DNA of 64,000 nucleotides from positions 2,973,568 through 3,037,567 of the forward strand of contig OZ250164.1 in NCBI GenBank assembly GCA_965237865.1, in the 5' to 3' direction. Below are positions 37,552 to 55,372 of the stretch, in pieces. The translations under genes and the position numbers were made by a program. Position 1 is the first letter of the stretch; each line of letters begins with the position of its first letter. The notes below the pieces were generated by a model, which was given only the letters and a program-made list of their open reading frames with translations, did no database searches and was not told the DNA's origin. This DNA is from Dehalococcoidia bacterium (GTDB taxonomy: Bacteria > Chloroflexota > Dehalococcoidia > UBA2979).

Positions 37552-38859
37552 CCACTCGTGGCGCTTGTTCGCGACCAGCGAGTCGCGGATGTGGTCGCCG
37601 AGGATGTCCGCCATCAGCTCCGAGTCCGCGAACGCCGCGATCGCGTCACCGAGCGAGGACGGCAGCTCCGCGATCCCGCGTCGCGCGATCTCGTCCTCCG
37701 AGAGCTCGCCGATGTGGCGCTCCAGCTCGTCCGGCAGCGGCAACCCGTTGGCGACGCCGTCGAGGCCGGCCTCGAGGATCGCGGCGAACGCGAGGTACGG
37801 GTTGCACGCGGCATCCGGGACTCGGTACTCGATGCGCGCCGCGGCGGCCTCGCCCGGCTTGTGCTGCGGCACGCGCAGCAGGTCGGCGTGGTTGGTCGTG
37901 GACCAGGTGGCGTGGGTCGGCGCCTCGAAGCCGGGGACGATGCGCCGGTAGGAGTTCGCCCACTGGTTCGTGACCAGCATCAGCTCCGGCGCGTGCCGGA
38001 GCAGCCCCGCCATGAACGCTCGCGCCGTCGAGGACAGCTCGTGCGGGGCCGATTCGTCCGCGAAGGCGTTCTGCTCGCCCCGGAAGAGCGAGAGCTGCAG
38101 GTGCATCCCGGAGCCGTTCTGGTCCGATTTCGGCTTCGGCATGAACGTCGCATAGGCGCCGTGGCGCAGCGCGACCTCCTTGACCACGAGCCGGTAGGTC
38201 ATGATCGAGTCGGCCATCGTCAGCGCGTCGGTGTAGCGCAGGTCGATCTCGTGCTGGCTGGGTGCGGCCTCGTGGTGACTGAGCGCGACGCCGATGCCCA
38301 TCTCCTCCAGCGTCAGCACCGTCTCGCGGCGCAGATCGGAGCCCGAGTCGAGCGGCGTGAGGTCGAAGTAGCCGCCGGAGTCGAGCGGCTCCGTGCCGTC
38401 CGGCCCGCGGAAGTAGAAGAACTCGATCTCCGGCGAGACGTAGAAGGTGTACCCCTGGGCGGCGGCGCGCTCGATGGCGCGCTTCAGCACCTGGCGCGGG
38501 TCGCCCTCGAACGTGTCGCCGAGGGGCGAGCGAAGGTCGCAGAACATGCGCGCCACGGCCTGCTCGCGCGGCCGCCAGGGCAGCAGCTGGAAGGTCGAGG
38601 GGTCGGGCAGGGCGACCACGTCCGCCTCGTCGACGCGCGCGAAGCCCTCGATCGACGCGCCGTCGAAGGTGACGCCGTCATCGAGGGCGTGCTCGAGCTC
38701 CTCGATGGTGATCGCGACGGACTTGAGGATGCCGAGGATGTCGGTGAACCAGAGGCGGATGAACTTGACGTCGTGGTCGTAGCAGGCCTGGATGACGTGC
38801 TGCCGCTGGTCGCTGCCGTTCCGGTCGGCGCCGTTGCCGTGGGTTGCGTTTGTAGTCAT
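37492..38859 (-). CDS. glnA: Glutamine synthetase family protein (GSI-alpha-like paralogue)
   Basis: FDGASIEGF, HHEAAPSQHE, NGSGMH, PGFEAP, RIEYRVPD..CNPYL. Confidence 0.9.
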   Translation of the reverse strand: MTTNATHGNGADRNGSDQRQHVIQACYDHDVKFIRLWFTDILGILKSVAITIEELEHALDDGVTFDGASIEGFARVDEADVVALPDPSTFQLLPWRPREQAVARMFCDLRSPLGDTFEGDPRQVLKRAIERAAAQGYTFYVSPEIEFFYFRGPDGTEPLDSGGYFDLTPLDSGSDLRRETVLTLEEMGIGVALSHHEAAPSQHEIDLRYTDALTMADSIMTYRLVVKEVALRHGAYATFMPKPKSDQNGSGMHLQLSLFRGEQNAFADESAPHELSSTARAFMAGLLRHAPELMLVTNQWANSYRRIVPGFEAPTHATWSTTNHADLLRVPQHKPGEAAAARIEYRVPDAACNPYLAFAAILEAGLDGVANGLPLPDELERHIGELSEDEIARRGIAELPSSLGDAIAAFADSELMADILGDHIRDSLVANKRHEWSEFRAQVSEFELRRYLSVL

Positions 38860-38933
38860 GGTGCTCTGCGCGGGGGCGCGCCCTGTGCTGCGACCTGTAT
38901 GAAGTGTGCGGCTCCGTTCCGCGGGCCCCCCGG

Positions 38934-38968
38934 CCCGGGGAGGCGGCCTGGATGACGGCCTCCCCGGG
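38934..38968 (-). terminator. Hairpin between the two glnA genes
   Basis: CCCGGGGAGG/CCTCCCCGGG 10-bp stem; no U tract. Confidence 0.4.
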
Positions 38969-38991
38969 GTTCGGCTGTGGCCCAGCCGGGA

Positions 38992-40434
<1,443 letters not shown>

Positions 40435-40539
40435 TCGGCTCCCCCATTCCCGTTCGCAGCCGCCCGCGTGGCGCTGCGCTCACCTGTGGCCCGTCCGAAC
40501 CGCGCCGCGAGACCCGCAGCCTCCCCGGCGCTCGAACCG

Positions 40540-40593
40540 AGCGTACGAGCGAACGATTACCCCCGGATTACCGCCGCGTTTCGGGCATGTTTC
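40540..40593 (-). promoter_or_regulatory. GlnR-box-like phased repeat array plus -10 of glnA
   Basis: Minus strand GAAAC-N6-GAAAC-N6-GTAAT-N6-GTAAT (40593-40556), then TACGCT at 40545-40540. Confidence 0.7.
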
Positions 40594-40662
40594 GCGCGGG
40601 CCGCAACGGCGAGATCCGGCTGCGCAACGGACGCTCGATCGGCGGCGTGGCTGGAGGGCGGC

Positions 40663-41340
40663 TCAGTGCGTGCGCGGCTCCTCGGCGAAGCGGTAGCCCA
40701 CGTTGCGCACGGTCTCGATGTAGGGCTCGTGGCGCTCGATCTTGGCGCGGATGCGGCGGATGTGGACGTCCACCGTGCGCGCGCCGCCGTAGTAGTCGTA
40801 GCCCCAGACCTGGTTGAGCAGCATCTCGCGGGTGAAGGCCTTGCCCGGGTTCTGCGCGAGGAAGCGCAGCAGCTCGTACTCCTTGTACGTCAGGTCCACG
40901 GCCTCGTCGCCGAGGCGCACCGTGTAGCGCTCCTGGTCGATCAGCAGCTCGCCGCGGCGCAGCAGCTGGCTGTCCGGCGCGCTCGCCGCGGAGACGAGGC
41001 GTGCGATGCGCAACTGCAGCTCGTCGCGGTCGAGCGGCGTCGCGATCACGTCGGCGACGCCGGAGCCCGGCCCGACAAGGTAGAACTGCTCGCGCGTGGT
41101 GATCGCCAGCACCGGCACGCCGCCTTGCTGCTGCTGGTCGCGCAGCAGCGCGGCGAGCCCGTTCATGGCGGCTCCGCTGCTGATGTCGAGGCAGAGCAGG
41201 TCCGGCTGCTGCTCGCGGACGGCGAGCAGCGCCCGTTCGATCGTTGGTTCGGCGCGGAGGGAGTGGCCGTCCTCGCGCAGGGCGGCCCGCACGGTCACCA
41301 GGTGGTCCTGGCTGTCGCTGATGAGGAGTACCGATTGCAT
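40663..41340 (-). CDS. glnR: OmpR-family atypical response regulator, GlnR-like
   Basis: DLTYKEYELLRFL, VWGYDYYGGARTVDVHIRR, TVRNVGYRF; receiver lacks the conserved Lys (DVIATP); orphan, directly upstream of two glnA genes. Confidence 0.75.
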   Translation of the reverse strand: MQSVLLISDSQDHLVTVRAALREDGHSLRAEPTIERALLAVREQQPDLLCLDISSGAAMNGLAALLRDQQQQGGVPVLAITTREQFYLVGPGSGVADVIATPLDRDELQLRIARLVSAASAPDSQLLRRGELLIDQERYTVRLGDEAVDLTYKEYELLRFLAQNPGKAFTREMLLNQVWGYDYYGGARTVDVHIRRIRAKIERHEPYIETVRNVGYRFAEEPRTH

Positions 41341-41504
41341 CGTGGCAACGTAGGGAACCACATCGAGCGCTCCGGGGCCAACCCCGCGCTGCCGGAGCGT
41401 GACTGCCGTCGCCGGACGAGGTGGTAGAATCCCGCAGCGTGTCGCCTCCCCCGGCACTGCGCGGAGCGGCGCACGCCGGGCACGGCAAGGTGCGGAGCGC
41501 TGCG

Positions 41505-42692
41505 ATGAAGTTCGCCCCAGCCGCGATCAGACGATCCGTGACGGCGATGCGTAACGGCGCGGATGCGCCCGAGGGTGAGAGTTCGCCCGACGGCGAGGAG
41601 GCACGACACGGCGCGACAGGGCAAGCCGGGCCTCCCAGCGCCTCCCTGTACGTCGTCGAGACGCACGACCTGACCAAGATCTACGAGAACCGCTACATCG
41701 CCCTGAACGCGTTGAATCTGCGCGTGCGCAAGAACGCCGTCTATGGCCTCGTCGGCCCCAACGGCGCGGGCAAGTCGACCGCGTTCCGCCTCATGCTCGG
41801 TCTGCAGCGGCCGACCGCCGGTGCGATCAGCGTCTTCGGTCAGCGGGTGAGCGCCGACAGTGCGGACCTGCGGCGCCGCATCGGCTTCCTGCCGACGGCG
41901 CCCTCGTTCCCGCGTCACATGACGCCGATCTCCTACCTCAAGTTCGTTGGCAACATCATGGGGTTGCCGCGCGCGCGCACGGAGGTCCGGCTGGCGACGC
42001 TGCTGCAGGCCGTGGGCCTCGCGGAAGCCGCCTCGCAGCGCATAGGGGCATTCTCAACGGGCATGGTCACGCGGCTCGGCATCGCTGCGGCGCTGATGAA
42101 CGATCCCGAGTTGCTGGTGCTGGACGAACCCACCTACGGCCTCGACCCGCCCGGACGCAAGCAGATGATCGAGCTGATCCGCGAACTCTCCGGGCGCGAT
42201 CGCACGATCATTATCGCGACGCACATCCTCAACGACGTCGAGCGCGTCTGCACCGATGTGGGCGTCATCGCGCAGGGGCGGCTGATCTACGACGGCCCGA
42301 TGGCGGAGATGCGGCGGCTCGCTCGCCAGGACTCGATCACCCTCGAGATCGAGGGCGACGCCAGCGCGTTCGAACAGCAGATCCCGGAGCTGGACAAACC
42401 CGGCTCTATTCGCTGGGAGCGGGTGGGTACGGAGATACGGGTCACGTTTCTCGGCGCCGGAGCGGTCACCCAGTACCTCAGGCGCGTGCTCGACCTCGTC
42501 GAGCGCACGGGCGTCGAGCTGCTGCGGCTCGACACCGGTAGCCACGAGGTGGAGGAGGCGTTCCTGCAACGTCTGAGGGAGGACCGCCAGCGCGGCTTCC
42601 TGGGCGCCTCGATCCTGGCTGAGCAGGCCCGGACGCAGCCGGACGCCGTTGCGGGCCTGCGCGGCGATGATCGGCAGGACGCCGCGTCCTGA
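41505..42692 (+). CDS. ABC transporter ATP-binding protein
   Basis: GPNGAGKST, FSTGM signature, LDEPT, THIL; extended -10 TGGTAGAAT at 41422-41430 argues for a start downstream of 41421. Confidence 0.92.
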   Translation: MKFAPAAIRRSVTAMRNGADAPEGESSPDGEEARHGATGQAGPPSASLYVVETHDLTKIYENRYIALNALNLRVRKNAVYGLVGPNGAGKSTAFRLMLGLQRPTAGAISVFGQRVSADSADLRRRIGFLPTAPSFPRHMTPISYLKFVGNIMGLPRARTEVRLATLLQAVGLAEAASQRIGAFSTGMVTRLGIAAALMNDPELLVLDEPTYGLDPPGRKQMIELIRELSGRDRTIIIATHILNDVERVCTDVGVIAQGRLIYDGPMAEMRRLARQDSITLEIEGDASAFEQQIPELDKPGSIRWERVGTEIRVTFLGAGAVTQYLRRVLDLVERTGVELLRLDTGSHEVEEAFLQRLREDRQRGFLGASILAEQARTQPDAVAGLRGDDRQDAAS

Positions 42693-43408
42693 TGCGGACG
42701 TTCCTCTACCTGCTGCGGCTTGATGTGGAGCGGATGGCGTACTCCTGGCTTGTGCGCATCTGGGTCGTGCTGCTGGTCGTGCCGGGCGGCTTCTTCGTGG
42801 TGGTCGCGGCGAACGAGCAGGAACTCGCCTCGGAAACGCTGGCGGCCTATATGGCGGCCGTGCTGGCGCCGCTCAGCTGGCTGGTCGTCGCGGTGCTCTC
42901 CGCGAGCGCCGTGAGCGGAGAGGCGAACGTGATCGCGGACTCGATCCTCTCGAGGTCCGTCACGCGCCGCGCCTACATCTGGTCCAAGATCAGCGCGCGG
43001 CTCGGCGTGTTCCTGACCGTCTACGCCGCCGTGACAGTGCCGCTGTCGTACCTGGTGCTCCGCTACGCGGTGAGGGACGCGACGGTCGAAGGCGTCGCCT
43101 GGGGGCTGCTCACGGTCGCCTCGCTGCTGGTCTTCCTCGCGGCCTTCGGGATCGCGCTCTCGGCGATGCTCCGCAACATGGTGGCCGCCGTGCTGACGGT
43201 GCTGGTCTCGACCGTCGCGTCCGGCGCGGTGTTCCAGTTCCTGGCGCTCGACTGGCTGAGCACGACGGCCGTGGTCGGCGGCCTGCCGGAGACGTTCCGG
43301 GGCGAAGTGACCGTCTGGGAGCAGATGCGCGTGGTGCTCGTCTTCGGCGCCCTCGCGGTCGCGGCCACCGTCACGGGCACCACCTACTTCCACCGCAAGG
43401 ACCTGTAG
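42692..43408 (+). CDS. ABC-2 type transporter permease
   Basis: Multi-TM; ILSRSVTRRAYIWSK; ends FHRKDL; coupled to the ATPase gene. Confidence 0.85.
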   Translation: MRTFLYLLRLDVERMAYSWLVRIWVVLLVVPGGFFVVVAANEQELASETLAAYMAAVLAPLSWLVVAVLSASAVSGEANVIADSILSRSVTRRAYIWSKISARLGVFLTVYAAVTVPLSYLVLRYAVRDATVEGVAWGLLTVASLLVFLAAFGIALSAMLRNMVAAVLTVLVSTVASGAVFQFLALDWLSTTAVVGGLPETFRGEVTVWEQMRVVLVFGALAVAATVTGTTYFHRKDL

Positions 43409-43440
43409 CCCGCCCCCCTCCGGGAACAGGCTCCAGATAC

Positions 43441-43467
43441 AGAAACGGGAGGGCCGAAGCCCTCCCG
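43441..43467 (-). terminator. Intrinsic terminator of rpoBC
   Basis: CGGGAGGGC-loop-GCCCTCCCG followed by TTTCT on the minus strand. Confidence 0.75.
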
Positions 43468-43519
43468 CTTGCCTGCTCCGCCGGATCCGCCCGCTGAGGG
43501 GCGTGCCCCGCTTCCGCTG

Positions 43520-51668
<8,149 letters not shown>

Positions 51669-51744
51669 GGAGCGACTCCTCCGACTATTCACCGCGGTTG
51701 ATTGGGCGTGGCGGGGCCGCGACGCACGCACATGCCGAGACGCC

Positions 51745-51775
51745 AAAATGCACCACCGGCTCGCACCGGTGGTGC
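51745..51775 (-). terminator. Terminator-like hairpin in the rpoB leader
   Basis: GCACCACCGG-6 nt-CCGGTGGTGC perfect 10-bp stem followed by ATTTT on the minus strand. Confidence 0.6.
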
Positions 51776-51848
51776 CTCGGTATCAGTAGATGTGGAATCG
51801 CGGCGCCCAACGCTGAAATGAGTTTACCCCACCAGGCACAGAAACGAA

Positions 51849-51877
51849 AGCTTACCGCACTCTGGATTGCTTGCCAA
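51849..51877 (-). promoter_or_regulatory. rpoB promoter
   Basis: TTGGCA-17 nt-TAAGCT on the minus strand. Confidence 0.55.
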
Positions 51878-51916
51878 ATGTGCCGCCAGCCCCGGCTAGC
51901 GGGCCAGCGGCGGCCA

Positions 51917-53056
51917 TCACGGCGCGTCCGCGGGCGGCTGGTACGGGCGTTGCGCGGCCTCCGCCCACAGCGGCCACGCCTCCTTCGGCTCCCCTCCGGT
52001 CTCCAGCAGGCCGATGCTCCCGAGCGGCTCGAGCGCGGGGATATCGGAGACGAACCCGGGATCGCGGCTGGCGAACCAGATCACGAACGGCGACCGCAAC
52101 GCCTCGGCGTCGGCCAGCAGGCGCCGCAGGTAGCGGCGCTGCTCCGGGGGCGTCGAGGAGTTGATCCCGCCCGGGCCCGGCGCGGAGGAGAAGCCCGTGG
52201 CCGCGAAGGCGATGGGCAGGTCCGTGTGCTCCCGGAGCTGGCGGTAGTAGTCCGGCGGAATCTCACGCGCGACGGCTTGGGTGAGCGAGGGGACCGTCGC
52301 GATCGCCGCCAGATCCAGGCGTTCACCGAAGTCCGCCAGCCGCTCCCAGCGCGGCGGGTGCGCAGCCTCCCAGGGCGTCACGCCCAGCAACTGCTCGTAC
52401 TGGAACGTCGCGAAGACCAGCGTCTCCGGGCTGACCTCCTTCACCGCGTCGTAGACCTTCTCGTAGACACCGAGGTAGGCGAGGTACTCGCCGCGCGCGC
52501 GATCGAAGGTCGCGTTCACCTCGACGCCGAATGCGAAGTAGGCGGGCTGGTAGGCGCCGGCGACGAAGCGCGCCTCGGCGACGAGCGCGGCGCTGAGATC
52601 GCGATTCAGGATGCCGGACTGCTCGTAGCCCTCGGGCGGCGCCGCCAGGCGGCCGCGGTCAGCGGGGTTGTAGGGGTCGATGGCGTAGAAGAGCGTCAAG
52701 CGCCGCTCCTCGATCGCCCGCACCTCGCGCTCGGTGAGATCGAGCAGCTCCCCGGACGGCTCGACGCCGGGCAGGAACTCGCCCCAGGAGGGCGTGCGCT
52801 GGATCAGCAGCAGGTCGCCGTACAGCGCCGCGATGTCGAGCGCCGCGACGTGCGCTTCGTCGTCGAGGCTGGCGGGGAGCGAGGAGAAGCCGAGGCGGAA
52901 CGAACGCGGTTCGCCGGCCTCGGGCCGCGGCGTCGCCGTGAAGGTCGGCTCCTCGACGCGCTCGACGCGGCAGCCCGCGGCGGCGAGGGTCAGCAACGCC
53001 AGCAGTGCGGCGTGCAGCGCTAGGCGGCGGCAAGGAACGGGCAGAGCGCCTCTCAT
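51917..53056 (-). CDS. Lipoprotein with a glycoside-hydrolase-like TIM barrel
   Basis: Lipobox AAGC; FAFGVEVN acid/base-like motif; PFVIWF near the C-terminus. Confidence 0.6.
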   Translation of the reverse strand: MRGALPVPCRRLALHAALLALLTLAAAGCRVERVEEPTFTATPRPEAGEPRSFRLGFSSLPASLDDEAHVAALDIAALYGDLLLIQRTPSWGEFLPGVEPSGELLDLTEREVRAIEERRLTLFYAIDPYNPADRGRLAAPPEGYEQSGILNRDLSAALVAEARFVAGAYQPAYFAFGVEVNATFDRARGEYLAYLGVYEKVYDAVKEVSPETLVFATFQYEQLLGVTPWEAAHPPRWERLADFGERLDLAAIATVPSLTQAVAREIPPDYYRQLREHTDLPIAFAATGFSSAPGPGGINSSTPPEQRRYLRRLLADAEALRSPFVIWFASRDPGFVSDIPALEPLGSIGLLETGGEPKEAWPLWAEAAQRPYQPPADAP

Positions 53057-53198
53057 CCCCTCGATTGTCGCAAGGCGAGGAGGGGAAGGCGAACCGCACG
53101 CCGGGCCGGAGCGCGCTCACCCGCGGTGTAGACTGCCGGCGGAGCAGGGATCGGCCGGCGCCGGGCACGCGCCCGCGGCGGGAACGTGAGCGAGGGAC

Positions 53199-53561
53199 GT
53201 GGAGAGATCCCGCTTTCGCCGCCTGGTCCAGCGCGCGCTCGATGCGCTGCCGCCGGAGATCGACGCCTACCTCGACAACGTCGCGATCGTGATCGAGCGC
53301 GAGCCGAGCGACGAGGACCTCGCGGACGCCGGGGTCGGGCCGGATTCGACGCTGTTCGGGCTCTACGTCGGCACACCGCTGACCGATCGCGGCGAGTACC
53401 ACATGACGCTGCCGGACCGGATCCTGATCTTCCAGGGCCCGCTGGAGCGCTCCTTCCACCCCCGCGAGATCCCCGCCGAGGTCCAGCGCACCGTCCTGCA
53501 CGAGCTGGCGCACCACTTCGGGTTCGAGGAACGCGAGATGGAGCGGCTCGGCCTCGACTAG
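53199..53561 (+). CDS. Zincin-like minimal metallopeptidase family protein
   Basis: LFGLYVG, PDRILIFQGP, TVLHELAHHFG. Confidence 0.9.
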   Translation: MERSRFRRLVQRALDALPPEIDAYLDNVAIVIEREPSDEDLADAGVGPDSTLFGLYVGTPLTDRGEYHMTLPDRILIFQGPLERSFHPREIPAEVQRTVLHELAHHFGFEEREMERLGLD

Positions 53562-54700
53562 ATTCCGCTCGCGTCCGGGGCGAAGCGCCGCAGCAGCCGC
53601 TCGGCGGCGTCCGCCGCCAGCTCCGCCGCACGGGCCATCGCCTCCGCCTCCGTGACGCCCTCGCCGGCGAGCACTTCGAGGTCGGCGACGCCCCCGGGGC
53701 GGCCGCCGGCCGATCCCGCGACCGCGAGGCAGGGACGCCCGAGGGCGGCGCAGCGCGCGATCACGTGCGCGACCGTCTTGCCGAACGTGGTCTGCGCATC
53801 GAGCGAACCCTCGCCGGTGACGACGATGTCCGCCGCCTCGATCGCCGCGTCGAGGCCGACCGCCTCGGCGACGAGGGCGGCGCCGGACTCGATCTCCCCG
53901 CCGATCACGCCGATCAGACCGGCGGCGAGCCCGCCTCCCGCACCGCCCCCGGGCAGGTCCGTGAGTTCGACGCCGAGGTCGTGTCGCACGACGCGCGCCC
54001 AGCGCCCGAGCGCGTCCTCGAGGATCTCGCCGATCTCCCCGGCGACGCCCTTCTGCGGGCCGTAGACGCGCGTCGCGCCGTCCTCGCCGAGCAGCGGGTT
54101 GGTGACATCGACCGCCACGCGCACGTCGACGTCGGCGAGGCGGCGGTCGACCTCGGAGCTGTCGATGGCGAAGACGTTGAGCAGGTGGATGCCGCCGGTG
54201 GGCTCGGGTAGCGGCTTGCGATCGCGGTCGAGCAGGCGGTAGCCGAGCGCCTGTGCGGCGCCTGCCCCGCCGTCGTTGGTGGCGGTGCCGCCCACGCCGA
54301 CGACGAGCGAGCGCGCGCCGCGGTCGAGCGCATCGCGGATCAGCTCGCCGACGCCGTAGCTCGTCGCGAAGCCGGGATCGCGGCGATCGGGCGGCACGAG
54401 CACGAGCCCGGCCGCCGCCGCCGACTCGATCAGCGCCGTCGGCGGTCCGCCCGCGGCCGGCAGCAGCGCGTAGCGCGCCTCGACGGGTTCGCCGAGGGGT
54501 CCGGTCACCTCGGTGGCGACGAGATCGCCGCCCGCTGCCGCGGCGACGATGGCCGCCGTGCCGGGGCCGCCGTCGGCAAGGGGGAGCGCGTGGACCTCGG
54601 TGATGCCCGGCGCGCGGCGCGCGCCTGCGGCGATCGCGGCGGCCGCCTCGGGAGCGGTGAGGGAGCCCTTGAACTCCTGCGGGCAGACGAGCAGCCTCAC
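53558..54700 (-). CDS. glxK: Glycerate kinase
   Basis: PQEFKGSL, LADGGPGT, GGTATNDGGAG, YGPQKG, GAGGG, TGEGSLDAQT. Confidence 0.93.
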   Translation of the reverse strand: MRLLVCPQEFKGSLTAPEAAAAIAAGARRAPGITEVHALPLADGGPGTAAIVAAAAGGDLVATEVTGPLGEPVEARYALLPAAGGPPTALIESAAAAGLVLVPPDRRDPGFATSYGVGELIRDALDRGARSLVVGVGGTATNDGGAGAAQALGYRLLDRDRKPLPEPTGGIHLLNVFAIDSSEVDRRLADVDVRVAVDVTNPLLGEDGATRVYGPQKGVAGEIGEILEDALGRWARVVRHDLGVELTDLPGGGAGGGLAAGLIGVIGGEIESGAALVAEAVGLDAAIEAADIVVTGEGSLDAQTTFGKTVAHVIARCAALGRPCLAVAGSAGGRPGGVADLEVLAGEGVTEAEAMARAAELAADAAERLLRRFAPDASGI

Positions 54701-54704
54701 GCGC

Positions 54705-54884
54705 TCAGGTGCCCCAGCCGAAGAGCAGCCGCAGCGCGGAGCCGATCAGGATCGCGGCTACGTAGGCGTAGCCGAGCGTGCGCGCGTGCCGCCCGAGGCG
54801 ACGCAGCCGCCGCGGCTGCATCACGGCAAGCCAGGCGATCGCGAGTCCGCTCGCGATGAAGACATAGAAGATGACGCGCGCCAT
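54705..54884 (-). CDS. Small two-TM membrane protein (59 aa), absent from the ORF track
   Basis: MARVIFYVFIASGLAIAWLAVMQPRRLRRLGRHARTLGYAYVAAILIGSALRLLFGWGT*; TAGGAT 6 nt upstream of the ATG. Confidence 0.7.
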   Translation of the reverse strand: MARVIFYVFIASGLAIAWLAVMQPRRLRRLGRHARTLGYAYVAAILIGSALRLLFGWGT

Positions 54885-54907
54885 CGCCGAATCCTAGCCG
54901 AGCGCGG

Positions 54908-55041
54908 CGGCAAACACCCGCGCCGGACTCCTTCGCCCCCTCGCTGCCGACTGCCCCTCTCCGTCGGGGAGAAAGGGGTTGAGGTGAGGGGATCCGCCAG
55001 ACTCACTACCAGGCGGAGAGCGTCGGCAAACACCGCGCCGG
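54908..55041. repeat. REP-like palindromic element flanked by an 18/19-bp direct repeat
   Basis: CGGCAAACACC(C)GCGCCGG at 54908-54926 and 55024-55041; core CCCCTCTCC-GTC-GGGGAGAAAGGGGTTGAGGTGAGGGG at 54954-54991. Confidence 0.7.
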
Positions 55042-55056
55042 GCGGGGAGATGGCCA

Positions 55057-55117
55057 TTGACCAGCACAGGAGTTCTGTGTCAGACTGTACAGGAACAGAT
55101 GTGCGGAACTGGATATC
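55057..55117 (+). promoter_or_regulatory. Promoter overlapped by three LexA(GAAC-N4-GTTC)-like boxes
   Basis: TTGACC-18-CAGACT with TG extension; GCAC-AGGA-GTTC (55064-75), GAAC-AGAT-GTGC (55093-104), GAAC-TGGA-TATC (55106-117). Confidence 0.5.
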
Positions 55118-55120
55118 GAG

Positions 55121-55327
55121 ATGGTCACCACGCTTGCTCCAGTCGATCGGCCGGTCGTAGAGGGTGCGGGCGGCGCGGTCCGGGCCGTGGCTGAGCCGGC
55201 GCCAGTGCGGCGGCTGCGCCGGATGCCCGCCTTCGGACCGCGCTGCCCGGACTGCGCCGGCCCCCTCGCCTTCGGCGAGGGCTGCTCGCTCTGCCCCGTC
55301 TGCGGTTACTCCGGCTGCTCGCCGTAG
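55121..55327 (+). CDS. Zinc-ribbon microprotein resembling the C-terminus of class II ribonucleotide reductase
   Basis: CPDCAGPLAFGEGCSLCPVCGYSGC, matching the NrdJ-tail pattern CPxCGxxLxxxEGCxxCxxCGYSxC. Confidence 0.7.
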   Translation: MVTTLAPVDRPVVEGAGGAVRAVAEPAPVRRLRRMPAFGPRCPDCAGPLAFGEGCSLCPVCGYSGCSP

Positions 55328-55372
55328 CGTAATCTGCCCTCCAATCACGGATTCGGGGAGGGCGGCGCGCCG

